From sequence record MT028491.1: a DNA stretch of 64,000 nt; one strand, 5' to 3'. A model generated the notes under the pieces. That model was given only the letters and a program-made list of their open reading frames with translations, was not told the DNA's origin and ran no database searches. Shown in pieces: positions 18,073 through 27,910 of the stretch. A program made the translations under genes and the position numbers. Positions within the stretch are counted from its first letter, which is position 1; each line of letters starts with the position of its first letter.

Positions 18073-18594
18073 CTACCAACGGTAGTTTACGCCTACCGTG
18101 ATTCGATGATCCTTTTCCGAATCATTTCCACCATCAAATGGTTTCACAAACCTATATCTGGTGTCAAGTTCCAAACGTTCCGTAACATTAAACTTGATAC
18201 CGCCACCAACATTCCAAACCGCATAATCAGAATGGTTGTCATTCCATTTATATCCAACGCCAGCAAGCACATAAGGCTTGATACCGTTCAATGGATAACC
18301 AGCAATAAAATTTGTGGATAACAGGTGTGAATTGTTGACTGTATATTCATAAGCCAATTCACCGGCAAAACGTTCATCAAAATTGTAACCAACCAGTGCA
18401 CCAACATTAGCGTTGGTATCACCATAATTGGTTACGCCTGAAAAGACGCCTGTATAAACACCTGTGTAGGGAGTGATGATTTGTTCTGTAACAATATCAA
18501 TGGTTTGAAGTTGAATTGCATCAGCGGCATGAGCCGCCATGTTGATTGAGAGTGAAAGAATACCCGCAACCAACAAAGATCGTCCTAGTTTCAT
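18073..18594 (-). CDS. Omp25/Omp31/RopB-like outer-membrane beta-barrel protein
   Basis: Signal peptide ending AHA-ADAIQ; alternating beta-strands (GALVGYNF, KPYVLAGVGY, VGGGIKF, LDTRYRF); C-terminal aromatic VGVNYRW. Confidence 0.85.
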   Translation of the reverse strand: MKLGRSLLVAGILSLSINMAAHAADAIQLQTIDIVTEQIITPYTGVYTGVFSGVTNYGDTNANVGALVGYNFDERFAGELAYEYTVNNSHLLSTNFIAGYPLNGIKPYVLAGVGYKWNDNHSDYAVWNVGGGIKFNVTERLELDTRYRFVKPFDGGNDSEKDHRITVGVNYRW

Positions 18595-18627
18595 GTATGC
18601 TCCATTTTGTTAGTTTTTGTATTTTCA

Positions 18628-18656
18628 TACATATCCGCGACCAATCACCATGTCAA
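18628..18656 (-). promoter_or_regulatory. sigma70-like promoter of the omp gene
   Basis: TTGACA-N17-TATGTA. Confidence 0.65.
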
Positions 18657-18737
18657 TCGGGATATTTAATTTTTTATCAATTTAGTGCCAGTGTCCAAAA
18701 AACTATAAAATCATAAATACATCAGAAGGACAAACTG

Positions 18738-19337
18738 ATGTATTATACAATTTATAAAACCACTTGCCTAATAAATTCCAAAATTTACATAGGCGCTCAT
18801 AAAACAAACGATTTGGAAGACGGTTATTTAGGTTCTGGTAAATGGTTAAAACGAGCAATATTAAAATATGGCCTTGAGAATTTCACTAAAGAAATACTAT
18901 TCATTTTTGACAATGAACAAGAAATGTATGCAAAGGAAGCCGAATTAGTCAATGAATATTTTGTAAAAGAAACAACTAATTACAACATTCGTATAGGTGG
19001 TTTTGGTGGTTGGGATCATGTAGATTGGAAAGGTTTTAAATGGGATGATGAACGTAGAAAATCCCATAGTAAAATTAAATCAATTCATCAGATAGGAAAC
19101 GGTAATTCTTTTTATGGTAAAACCCATACAGACGAAGCTAAAGCTAAAATTGGTGCTGCAAGCAAAGAACGTGCCAAAGGCATCTACGATCAACGTATGA
19201 AAGACGGTAATCACCCCAATGCACAGGCAACATGTCCACACTGTCAAAAAATTGGACAACGAAGAGCAATGTTGCGCTGGCATTTTGATAATTGTAAATC
19301 TATTCCTTTACCAAATCAATGTACGAGTGACAGTTGA
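18738..19337 (+). mobile_element. free-standing Seg-like GIY-YIG homing endonuclease
   Basis: IYKTTCLINSKIYIG...YLGSG; NUMOD3-like FYGKTHTDEAKAKI; CATAAATA late-type promoter at 18712. Confidence 0.85.
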
Positions 19338-19914
19338 GGCAAACATATCTAGTTCCATCAATCACTTGATCGAAATCCATGTGCCAATGGCCAAACACAT
19401 GTAACTTAGGTTGATGAATTTGTTTCATAACCTCTAATGCTTGTCTGGTTCTAGAAGGATCGGGATATTTCGTTCGTCCTAATTGAGCAAGCATGATATC
19501 TGCAATGCTTTCTGGACACTCATGCGTGACCATGACATTAGGCTTTTCCTTTTCGTATAGATTGATGAAATATTCTAAATCAGAGACAGAACATTCCTCA
19601 TCATACCACCAGTCAAGACCCGGCGTTCTCCATGCCTTATCAATGGATGTTGCTCCACCAATAAACATTATTCCGTCTTCAATTGTACCGTCTGGAATCC
19701 AGTTGGCTTGTGCCTTACACAATTCTGGATCATCATGGTTGCCTCGAATAAATCGATGATTTTTTGAATCTTTCAATGTGATGATAGGATTGGATCGAAA
19801 ACCAATTCCATAGTCTCCTACTTGAACAGTAGGATATGGAGAAGCTTTTACATTTTCCATATACAAATCAAATTCAGCATGTATGTCTCCGATTAATCTA
19901 ATCCCATCAGACAT
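19300..19914 (-). CDS. calcineurin-like metallophosphoesterase
   Basis: GDIH, GDYG, GNHD, THECP, GHWH motifs. Confidence 0.85.
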   Translation of the reverse strand: MSDGIRLIGDIHAEFDLYMENVKASPYPTVQVGDYGIGFRSNPIITLKDSKNHRFIRGNHDDPELCKAQANWIPDGTIEDGIMFIGGATSIDKAWRTPGLDWWYDEECSVSDLEYFINLYEKEKPNVMVTHECPESIADIMLAQLGRTKYPDPSRTRQALEVMKQIHQPKLHVFGHWHMDFDQVIDGTRYVCLNCHSYIDLVKE

Positions 19915-19979
19915 ATAAAAATTTCCTCACTTACAAATTATAACTACAGTTAGACCGACTAATAATCGGTTTTAAAAAT

Positions 19980-20142
19980 TATAAAAGATTCTAAAGGATT
20001 AAGCAAGCGAAGCTTGCACATCCGAAGGATGTTAATTGAACACCTTTCAGGTGTGTATCTTACGATACATTCTTTTCTTGAATCTTTTATAGGGGGTTTT
20101 AAACCAGACTCTAAAGGGTTTTATTGAATATCCTTCGGATAT
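19980..20142. repeat. nested inverted-repeat / mini-hairpin array (origin candidate)
   Basis: 12-bp outer IR enclosing four 6-bp hairpins with GAA/GTAA loops, plus a fifth at 20128-20142. Confidence 0.75.
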
Positions 20143-20284
20143 GATGTTTATCAAATCCTTGAATTTAAGGCAAGTAACAAATTGTTACAATGTAAAACCT
20201 CAACATAATCAATATGTTAGGAATTACATAAAGCTTGACAGATATTTTAACTCGAATCAAATAAGTTTTATTCATAAGGCTATA

Positions 20285-20461
20285 ATGCGTAAGAAATACA
20301 AATTTTCCTGCCCTTGTCAAGACAAGGAAGTGACCATCACTTGGACAACAGATGATGAAGACGAAACGGTGGATTTTTGCCCGTTCTGTTCTGCAAATAT
20401 TTTAGATGAAGATGTGCCTCTTGAAGAGGATGAAGATGTGAGTTTTTACGATAATGACTAA
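20285..20461 (+). CDS. zinc-ribbon protein with acidic tail
   Basis: CPC...CPFC and a D/E-rich C-terminus; ATG at 20285 is more plausible than 20141. Confidence 0.6.
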   Translation: MRKKYKFSCPCQDKEVTITWTTDDEDETVDFCPFCSANILDEDVPLEEDEDVSFYDND

Positions 20462-20927
20462 AAAAAATCTGAATTTAAGTCCTTGGATTTATAATGGTAA
20501 AGAAGTAACCGATGAAGATGTTGATGGATATGCAGGATTTATCTATCTCATTGAAGATACCGAAACAGGTATGAAATATATTGGTCGAAAGTATTTTACA
20601 TCTATTAGAAAACAAAAGAAATCTACTTCTACAAGACGCAAGAGACAAGAATCAGATTGGAAGAGTTATTATTCCTCTTCTTTAGAACTTAAAGAAATTA
20701 TCGAAACTTGTGAAAATCCAGAACGTTTCAAACGTAGCATTCTTGTCCTTTGTAAGACAGAAGGCGACACAAACTATATGGAAACTAAACTCTTGTTTCA
20801 TTTTAATGTGTTAGAAGACGACAATTATTTAAATGGAAACATACTAGGCAAATATATGAAAAAACCTGTTGCCATTATGGATGCAAGAGAATATTCTAAT
20901 GAGTATGAAAACTTACTATTAGGCTAA
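20454..20927 (+). CDS. GIY-YIG-family nuclease conserved in T4-like phages
   Basis: GFIYLI...KYIGRK...DWKSYYSSS. Confidence 0.8.
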   Translation: MTKKNLNLSPWIYNGKEVTDEDVDGYAGFIYLIEDTETGMKYIGRKYFTSIRKQKKSTSTRRKRQESDWKSYYSSSLELKEIIETCENPERFKRSILVLCKTEGDTNYMETKLLFHFNVLEDDNYLNGNILGKYMKKPVAIMDAREYSNEYENLLLG

Positions 20928-20938
20928 CTAAAACATTA

Positions 20939-20968
20939 AGGGTGCGGTTGACAAATCGCGCCTTTTTT
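20939..20968 (+). terminator. intrinsic terminator overlapping a sigma70-like -35 box
   Basis: GGTGCGGTT-GACA-AATCGCGCC-TTTTTT; TTGACA-N17-TACCTT. Confidence 0.65.
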
Positions 20969-20975
20969 GTTACCT

Positions 20976-20983
20976 TATAAATA
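20976..20983 (+). promoter_or_regulatory. T4-type late promoter
   Basis: Perfect TATAAATA. Confidence 0.7.
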
Positions 20984-21021
20984 AGCGTGTATCTCATTTT
21001 GCAGAAAGGGAATCAGAATAA

Positions 21022-21759
21022 ATGAAAATCGTATATGACAACTTGGTAAACAAAGGCGAAGATGGATCGGTAATCGAAACTGGAACTGATATTTCCGACT
21101 CTGACCTTTTGGTTTTCAAGTCTGATTACGGCAATCTTTCGATTGTGAAAAAAGAAGAATATACGGTTGACAAGACCAAGATTCTATTTTCCAACAAATT
21201 GCATATCTACACGCGAATTGTCGTTATTGCATCAGAACGCAAGCACTCAATCGTCAATCTTGATGTTGCAGATTTCCGCCGTCGCTATTCGAATCTGACC
21301 AATCGTTTCATGTCTTCAAAGATTGGCGATATGGATGATGATTTGCAAGGCAATATGTTGACTTCTTATGTCTGGAACATTTTTGCCGACGACATTGACC
21401 TTGAAAATACCTATACAAATATCACTGTAAATTTGACTCCTTCTCAATCTGGCGATCTAGAAATCTCTATTATTGAAGGGCTATCACACCCAAGGAAAAA
21501 GTTTGCAACTGTCAAAGTTCCTATTTTGAATAGTGAAGTTGGCCACGCCATTACCAAGACAGTTACACTACCGGCTTTGAAAGGTATCGTTCCAGCGTCT
21601 AAAGATGTTTTGTTTAGAACTGAAATAATCTTCAATGGCGAACTGCATGGTAAAGCTATTCATTTTGGTGAACCAGAAGATGTGCCTCTATTCAAACACT
21701 TCGCTAGTTTTGAGATTTTGAATCGACGTATTATGTTATCTTCTCCATATAAGGGGTAA
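21022..21759 (+). CDS. putative virion/adhesin protein, divergent fibre-module paralog
   Basis: 245 aa beta-rich ORF after a late promoter; weak resemblance to fibre Ig-like and CBM-like modules. Confidence 0.6.
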   Translation: MKIVYDNLVNKGEDGSVIETGTDISDSDLLVFKSDYGNLSIVKKEEYTVDKTKILFSNKLHIYTRIVVIASERKHSIVNLDVADFRRRYSNLTNRFMSSKIGDMDDDLQGNMLTSYVWNIFADDIDLENTYTNITVNLTPSQSGDLEISIIEGLSHPRKKFATVKVPILNSEVGHAITKTVTLPALKGIVPASKDVLFRTEIIFNGELHGKAIHFGEPEDVPLFKHFASFEILNRRIMLSSPYKG

Positions 21760-21762
21760 ATC

Positions 21763-22152
21763 ATGGATGAACTAGTTCATTACATCTTGCGTTATGGCGG
21801 TCGTTGCCGTGATTGTGCTGATATGGATGGAGTCTGTGATAGAGGGACTCCCTGTGATTATATTGTACATAAATCGACAATTGAATGGTCCCTAAAAGCA
21901 ATGGAATATGGCTTTAAACATAAGTTTGTTGAAAACCCGTTTCTTCCTTCTGAAAAAGAAGTTTGGGTAGCTTATGGTGATGATCATGATGTTGACGCCA
22001 TGGAACAATGGTTGATTGGCGTTTATTCTACCGAAGAAGAAGCAAAACAAGCTGGTAAAGATGACCAAGATCGGTATGTCAAAGAACGCGGTAAGCTTCA
22101 TAAGCATAGACATACAGTGACCATCACAAAAACAATTCTTAAACTAGGCTAG
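21763..22152 (+). CDS. hypothetical Cys-rich protein
   Basis: YGGRCRDCADMDGVC..GTPCD N-terminal Cys cluster. Confidence 0.65.
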   Translation: MDELVHYILRYGGRCRDCADMDGVCDRGTPCDYIVHKSTIEWSLKAMEYGFKHKFVENPFLPSEKEVWVAYGDDHDVDAMEQWLIGVYSTEEEAKQAGKDDQDRYVKERGKLHKHRHTVTITKTILKLG

Positions 22153-22154
22153 AA

Positions 22155-23036
22155 ATGATTATAAATGCTGGCCTTTCACAAGGCGCAAAAGCCGGTTGTG
22201 TGAATAATGCAACCGGTGAATTCTGTACCAACTGGTATCTGACATCGGACGGTATGGGAGAAATTAGTTTTACAAAAAATCATGTCATCGGGTTTAAAGA
22301 TTATAATCCCGGTGGCAAACTCTATTTTGAGACAATTATTGAATTGTCAAGAGAATATATTAAAGGCGAACGTTATGTTTTTAGCTTTGATGCTAGTACC
22401 GTTGATTACCCGAAAGCTAAAATCAAGGCGAGATTGACAGACGATTTTGGAAATGTTTCATGGGGTGAATTCACGTTACGTGAAACAACAAATCAATTCT
22501 CAATGGTTGTGGTTCCAGATAAAAGAACAGATTACAGACTTAGAATTGTTCTTCATGATAAATCTGTTGATGTTGTCAATGCCCAATGTAAATCTTTTCA
22601 ATTCGGCAATTTCAGAATGAATAGAGGCATTGAACCAGATATCAAAATCATCACAAATTCAGATGATGTTCAAACTGTCAAGCGAGTATTTAGAGAATAT
22701 GACGAATTGGTGATTGACATCTGTAAGACCGGAAATGATCGTTTTACAGCTACAGCGACTTGGAATGATCCTATGCGACTTGTTCCAAAGGTATCTTTTA
22801 CCGGCTTGAAAATGAAACTGTTTCACAAGGATTACACATTCACTACTGATATTATGGTAGATACCCGTTGTGTTCTAAATTCTCATATATCTCCGAATGG
22901 AATTACTGTTAAGTGTTTCTTTGAAGATGTTTATTCGGGTAGTCTGTCACAGTTTTTTAGTCGTATTGAAACAGGTGAATGGTTTAAAGGAATTGTTGAG
23001 GATCATGTTATATTTGATAGTAGGATTATCCCATGA
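22155..23036 (+). CDS. stand-alone carbohydrate-binding-like module, divergent RBP paralog
   Basis: YVFSFDA, FGNFRMNRG, DPMRLVPKV align by eye with the fibre C-terminal module. Confidence 0.6.
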   Translation: MIINAGLSQGAKAGCVNNATGEFCTNWYLTSDGMGEISFTKNHVIGFKDYNPGGKLYFETIIELSREYIKGERYVFSFDASTVDYPKAKIKARLTDDFGNVSWGEFTLRETTNQFSMVVVPDKRTDYRLRIVLHDKSVDVVNAQCKSFQFGNFRMNRGIEPDIKIITNSDDVQTVKRVFREYDELVIDICKTGNDRFTATATWNDPMRLVPKVSFTGLKMKLFHKDYTFTTDIMVDTRCVLNSHISPNGITVKCFFEDVYSGSLSQFFSRIETGEWFKGIVEDHVIFDSRIIP

Positions 23037-23827
23037 ATGTAATTCATAATTCTTATTTGTTGGATTTTATGGACAATCCATTTATTGATGCTCATCATGA
23101 ACTTATCAGTAATTGGAAATGGATAAATTTTGCTTCTGGTTGGTATGGCTTTAACATTAGGAGAAGTCATAATGGAGGTATTACCCTTATGCAAAGGGGT
23201 GGTATTAGACAAAATTTCTTTGAAAACCAAAAACATCAGTTTTCAACTGTTTTCTTTGAAATGCGAGTAAAGAAGCTTGACAACCAATCGTTTCCTTCTC
23301 CCAATATTGGAATCACAATCCACACAACGAATGATTCGGTATTTTTTCCAGCCCTGAACACACATATGCATTATGTCAATTATAGTCCACATGATCGTGA
23401 ATGGCTTCTTAAGGGAGAAATGGATATAAACGACTCAATCGATCATATTACCATCACCAACAATGATAGTATAGAAATTGATGTTAATAAAATTCGTTTT
23501 TCCCCGATCCCGTTTCATGAACATGTAATGGCAGACTATGGATATCTCACAGGAAACAATTGTCGTGACCATATCGAATATATTGACGTTCAACCTCATA
23601 CTGGAATATCCACCAATATTCATGAAGTTGAATTCGAAGTTCCATTGTTAACCTGTCCAACTTTTAATGTAATGAATGTGCAAAAAGAAAATAAAGGGGT
23701 TTTGGGTATTAAAAATGTTAACTTTGGTGCCTTGAATGACAAGGCTGTATTAACATACTCAACTTCTAATATTGAAAAGAAGTCAACATTCATTGTATAT
23801 TTTAGTATTGAACCATTAGAAATTTAA
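23033..23827 (+). CDS. stand-alone carbohydrate-binding-like module, divergent RBP paralog
   Basis: FFEMRVK, FEVPLLTCPTF align by eye with the fibre module. Confidence 0.55.
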   Translation: MNVIHNSYLLDFMDNPFIDAHHELISNWKWINFASGWYGFNIRRSHNGGITLMQRGGIRQNFFENQKHQFSTVFFEMRVKKLDNQSFPSPNIGITIHTTNDSVFFPALNTHMHYVNYSPHDREWLLKGEMDINDSIDHITITNNDSIEIDVNKIRFSPIPFHEHVMADYGYLTGNNCRDHIEYIDVQPHTGISTNIHEVEFEVPLLTCPTFNVMNVQKENKGVLGIKNVNFGALNDKAVLTYSTSNIEKKSTFIVYFSIEPLEI

Positions 23828-23828
23828 T

Positions 23829-24683
23829 ATGAAACCAAATAATAGAGACAACATTCTACTTAATGGAAGATTTCGTTTCCAAAGAATAGCTCAAATTCCA
23901 AAAAGCCCTACAGTATTCTATGAAGGAATATTGTGTGAAAAATGGAAAGTGTTCTCTGAAAACGGAAAACCATTGCTTATACACTCTGATACAATTAATG
24001 AAGAAACATTTGTTACTTTCATTTCAAATTCGGATGAAGAAAATGAATTTGGTCTATACCAACGACATGAAGGTGCGGGTAGAATAATCGATCAAATGGT
24101 TGCCGGTATTGATGTTGGTTCTTCTCATAGCGGTTCTATGGATGTTGAGCTAACTAGAAAATATAACGGAATCACTGAGACGTTTACACAAACGATCACA
24201 ATTCCAAGAGAAGTCAAGAGGGTATTTGCTCACTTTGACATTCCAGAACATCAGTATGATGCAACCATGGAATTCAATTCTAAATACTTCGAATTTCGAA
24301 TTCGTTTCAAGACGTGTGAAAACAATGCAAAAATCAGCGTCGGTAATATCAGTCTGGAATATGGATCACATGAAGAATTATTCATTGATCATTGTAGAAT
24401 CATGGAAGAACAAAGAATAGCTTATTATCAACAAGCTGTATCCTTGTTTGTAACCGGTATTCAACCAGTAGTGAAAATTCCAAAGAGAATGAACGACAAT
24501 GTAAAAACCGTAACATTGAAAAATGATACTGGTTATTTTTACGATTCCCCTGTCTTGATCAATTCTATCTATGTTGACGATAGAAATAATCTAATAATCG
24601 ATGCTAACAAGTATCAATATGGTGAATTTAAACATCAGAAAACACCAGATGATTACTTAGTCATCATTGATGGAGACTTATAA
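23829..24683 (+). CDS. stand-alone carbohydrate-binding-like module, RBP paralog
   Basis: NILLNGRFRFQR ~ NKIINGDFGIWQR; ISVGNISLEYG ~ IDIARVSLVEG; EQRIAYYQ ~ LCQRYYQ. Confidence 0.7.
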   Translation: MKPNNRDNILLNGRFRFQRIAQIPKSPTVFYEGILCEKWKVFSENGKPLLIHSDTINEETFVTFISNSDEENEFGLYQRHEGAGRIIDQMVAGIDVGSSHSGSMDVELTRKYNGITETFTQTITIPREVKRVFAHFDIPEHQYDATMEFNSKYFEFRIRFKTCENNAKISVGNISLEYGSHEELFIDHCRIMEEQRIAYYQQAVSLFVTGIQPVVKIPKRMNDNVKTVTLKNDTGYFYDSPVLINSIYVDDRNNLIIDANKYQYGEFKHQKTPDDYLVIIDGDL

Positions 24684-24686
24684 ATA
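24679..24686 (+). promoter_or_regulatory. T4-type late promoter
   Basis: Perfect TATAAATA upstream of the tailspike gene. Confidence 0.7.
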
Positions 24687-24716
24687 AGATCAGACACACC
24701 CATAATTTAAGGATTA

Positions 24717-27302
24717 ATGATGGTCGATCTTATTAAAATTAATGATCTAGAAATTGCTTCTACTGTTGAAGGCACGGACTATGTTCTTGTCGTTCAAAAC
24801 GGTATTACCCGCGTTGCGCGCTCGCAAGATTTACCATTCTTGGTAGGTCCAAAAGGTGACAAAGGTGATACTGGTGCGGCTCTTTCGGTCAAAGGAAGCC
24901 TAAATGATCCCTCGGAATTGCCAACAACTGGCCAGCCGGGGGATGCTTATTTTATTGCCGGAAACATTTGGGTTTGGATTGAAGACACAAGCGAATTCCA
25001 AAACCTAGGGCAAGTCAAGGGTGAAAAGGGAGACAAAGGCGACACTGGTGAAACCGGCGAACCTGTTAGAATCCTTGGTACTCTTAATAACACTTCGGAA
25101 CTTCCTGCAACCGGCGATCTAGGTAATGCCTATATCATCGGAACGGATTTGTATTTCTGGAATGACATTGCCGAACAATGGCAAAATGTCGGTCGAATCA
25201 AGGGGGAAACGGGCGAAAAAGGTGATAAGGGTGATATCGGTCAACCTTTGATTATCTCTGGTGTTCTTGAAAGTGAAGCTGATCTTCCTATTGATGCTGT
25301 TGAAGGCGAAGCTTGGATGGTAGTTGATAATCTATATCAATTCTCCAATGGGGCTTGGCATAATCTTGGTGTCATGCGTGGACCGGCTGGCGAAGGTATT
25401 CCGGCTGGTGGTAAAACCAATCAATTTGCGGTTAAGACTTCCGACGAGGATTTTATCTTCGGTTGGACATATTTGCATAATATTCCTACAGTTAGAACAA
25501 TTGCCGAAGCAACATTGGCAATATTTGATGATGCTATTACAAACGTTGTCTTATATGGTCGCGATGTTGTTGGCGATACATATGAACAAATGTATTTTGC
25601 AGTTGTCTTAACAGAACCAACACACAATTTCAAATTCACTAGTGCCGATGGAAAATTTTGGGAACTAAAAAATAAAGCCGTAACTCTTGAAATGGCTGGT
25701 GGTTCCGGCGATGGAACAACTATCAACAATGTGGCGCTCGCATCGGCAATTGTATTTACTTCTAATATCAATCTTGTGCCAACAAAAACTTACAAATTTG
25801 ATCAAGGTATTGTCCTTCAAAAACCCATAAATTTGAATGGAAATTATGCCACATTAGACCTTTCTACAATTTCCGGTGTTGGTATATCGATTGATGATCA
25901 AATTATTGTTAATGCCACTTTGACGCAAGATGCTTTGGTTGGCACAAATTCTGCTACATTTGATGCTATTCCATCTACATGGGTAATTGGTTCCGTAGTT
26001 AAATTTTATTCCAATACGTTAATTGAAGGTACACCCACTCCATATACTGAATATAATGTTATTAGTTATATTTCTGGAAATATAGTAACTTTTAATAAAA
26101 ATTTTAAATATACTTATACGGTTTCCAGTTCTGGAAAGGCATATTTTGTAGATTTTTTGAACGACTGTTCTATTAAAGATGTTACTTTTATTGGGAAAAT
26201 TGGTTCTTTTTCTTGTCTTAAAATACAGAGAATGAGGAACCTTCTTTTCGAAAATATTAAATTCAAAAATTGTTCAATGGTTGGTAGTCTTTCTAACTCT
26301 ATAAACACCACAATGAAAAATATATTATTTGATAATTGTTATAATGGTATTACGAACACTTCGGTTGAAGAATTTTATGTAGAAAATTTGAAATGCATTA
26401 ATACATCTAGAGCTTTATCGTTTGGTTCTACAAGTGATGGTATGTCTAATGGAATTGTGATTAAGAACATTTCTGGTGTTGGTGCATCGTCTTCATTGAT
26501 TATAACTTCTGAATCTGTTGAAGATATCACTATCGACGGTGCCTATTCTAATAGAACTGCAACATCGGTGGGTGATTTTCAATTCGCCAATCCAAATATT
26601 GTTAATATAAGTAATGTTGTTACTCGCGGGGGTGGCAATATTGGTTGTATTCAAATAGATTTATTCAGCAATTCAAATCCTTATATTTCCATTACAAACG
26701 TTCGAACAGATAATATGTTTTCTGTGTCTGTTCCTGTTGGTCCAAGTATTTCTGTTAAAGGTATTAAGAAATTATCGATTAAAGATGTCAATGCCCCTGT
26801 TTCTGTAAAAAGATCGTCTGGAAATACTCTTAGACATTCCAATATTGAAATTGAAGACGTTGTACCATCAGTTAATACATATACAAATGCGGTAACTGTT
26901 GTTAAAGCTGATAATGTTATTATTAAAAATGTAATTGCAAAAACAGTTGGAAGCACAATTAGTATAGATGATTGTAATGGTTTTATTATCACAAATAACA
27001 TTACTGATTCTGATAGTACATACTCATTTGGTGCATCTATCTTGAATTCAAATACTGGTGTTATCACTGGAAATATTTTCAAGCAAAATCAGGATTATCG
27101 AACTGTATATGCAAACACTTCGTCAAACAATACTAACATCTTGTTATCTTATGACAATTATCTAGGAGCAAATACAAAGACTCCAGATCAAGTGTTTGTT
27201 GCAAAAGCCAATACAGGTAACGTTATCACACGAAACGTTACTGTTTCAACAACCGATCCTACAGGTGGTGTTGATGGAGATATTTGGTTTAAGGTGACGT
27301 AA
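24717..27302 (+). CDS. tailspike/depolymerase with collagen-like repeats and a predicted right-handed beta-helix
   Basis: GPKGDKGDTG collagen triplets alternating with LPxxGxxGDAY..W repeats; Asn/Ile-rich beta-helix-like body; C-terminal TTDPTGGVDGDIWFK. Confidence 0.8.
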   Translation: MMVDLIKINDLEIASTVEGTDYVLVVQNGITRVARSQDLPFLVGPKGDKGDTGAALSVKGSLNDPSELPTTGQPGDAYFIAGNIWVWIEDTSEFQNLGQVKGEKGDKGDTGETGEPVRILGTLNNTSELPATGDLGNAYIIGTDLYFWNDIAEQWQNVGRIKGETGEKGDKGDIGQPLIISGVLESEADLPIDAVEGEAWMVVDNLYQFSNGAWHNLGVMRGPAGEGIPAGGKTNQFAVKTSDEDFIFGWTYLHNIPTVRTIAEATLAIFDDAITNVVLYGRDVVGDTYEQMYFAVVLTEPTHNFKFTSADGKFWELKNKAVTLEMAGGSGDGTTINNVALASAIVFTSNINLVPTKTYKFDQGIVLQKPINLNGNYATLDLSTISGVGISIDDQIIVNATLTQDALVGTNSATFDAIPSTWVIGSVVKFYSNTLIEGTPTPYTEYNVISYISGNIVTFNKNFKYTYTVSSSGKAYFVDFLNDCSIKDVTFIGKIGSFSCLKIQRMRNLLFENIKFKNCSMVGSLSNSINTTMKNILFDNCYNGITNTSVEEFYVENLKCINTSRALSFGSTSDGMSNGIVIKNISGVGASSSLIITSESVEDITIDGAYSNRTATSVGDFQFANPNIVNISNVVTRGGGNIGCIQIDLFSNSNPYISITNVRTDNMFSVSVPVGPSISVKGIKKLSIKDVNAPVSVKRSSGNTLRHSNIEIEDVVPSVNTYTNAVTVVKADNVIIKNVIAKTVGSTISIDDCNGFIITNNITDSDSTYSFGASILNSNTGVITGNIFKQNQDYRTVYANTSSNNTNILLSYDNYLGANTKTPDQVFVAKANTGNVITRNVTVSTTDPTGGVDGDIWFKVT

Positions 27303-27910
27303 TGGCTAATATTTCATATGGTGGTGGTTTTGAAACAAGTTCTGATGGTTTCATCGTGATTAGTATGTTTGGTGGAACCGCTACCAGTTTGACAACTGGT
27401 AGTGCTTATGCGAGAACGGGTTCAAATGGTGGAATAGCATCACCAGATGATGGTGATCAATATATCATTCGACCATTGCCGGATATGCAAGGTCGAATAT
27501 TCACAATGTCAATTTATTTTCGCAATACGTCTAGAAGCTTTTCAACTGGTGAAACAATCTTAGAGTTTGCTAATGTTAGTGTCTACCCAATTATTGGTCA
27601 AGATTGGCGTGGTGAAATTGTTAGAGTTGGTTCAACATCAGTGAATGTAGTTAATGAGGCTGATAAAAATTGGTATAATTTGACACTGGTATGTGATGCA
27701 ACAAATGTACCAAATCCGGCAATAATATTGTCTTCTGCTTTACGTGACTATTATATAGATGATTGGACTGTTTTTTCGGAAGGAAAGACTTCCACATTTG
27801 TTAATGTTTCAGGAGTTTGGAAATCAGCCGACAAATACATTAAACAAAATGGTGTTTGGAAAGAGGCTGAAACCCAAATAAGACATAACGGAACTTGGAA
27901 AGAGGTTTAA
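27302..27910 (+). CDS. tail-associated protein
   Basis: Beta-rich; C-terminal VNVSGVWK..YIKQNGVWK repeats typical of fibre partners. Confidence 0.7.
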   Translation: MANISYGGGFETSSDGFIVISMFGGTATSLTTGSAYARTGSNGGIASPDDGDQYIIRPLPDMQGRIFTMSIYFRNTSRSFSTGETILEFANVSVYPIIGQDWRGEIVRVGSTSVNVVNEADKNWYNLTLVCDATNVPNPAIILSSALRDYYIDDWTVFSEGKTSTFVNVSGVWKSADKYIKQNGVWKEAETQIRHNGTWKEV

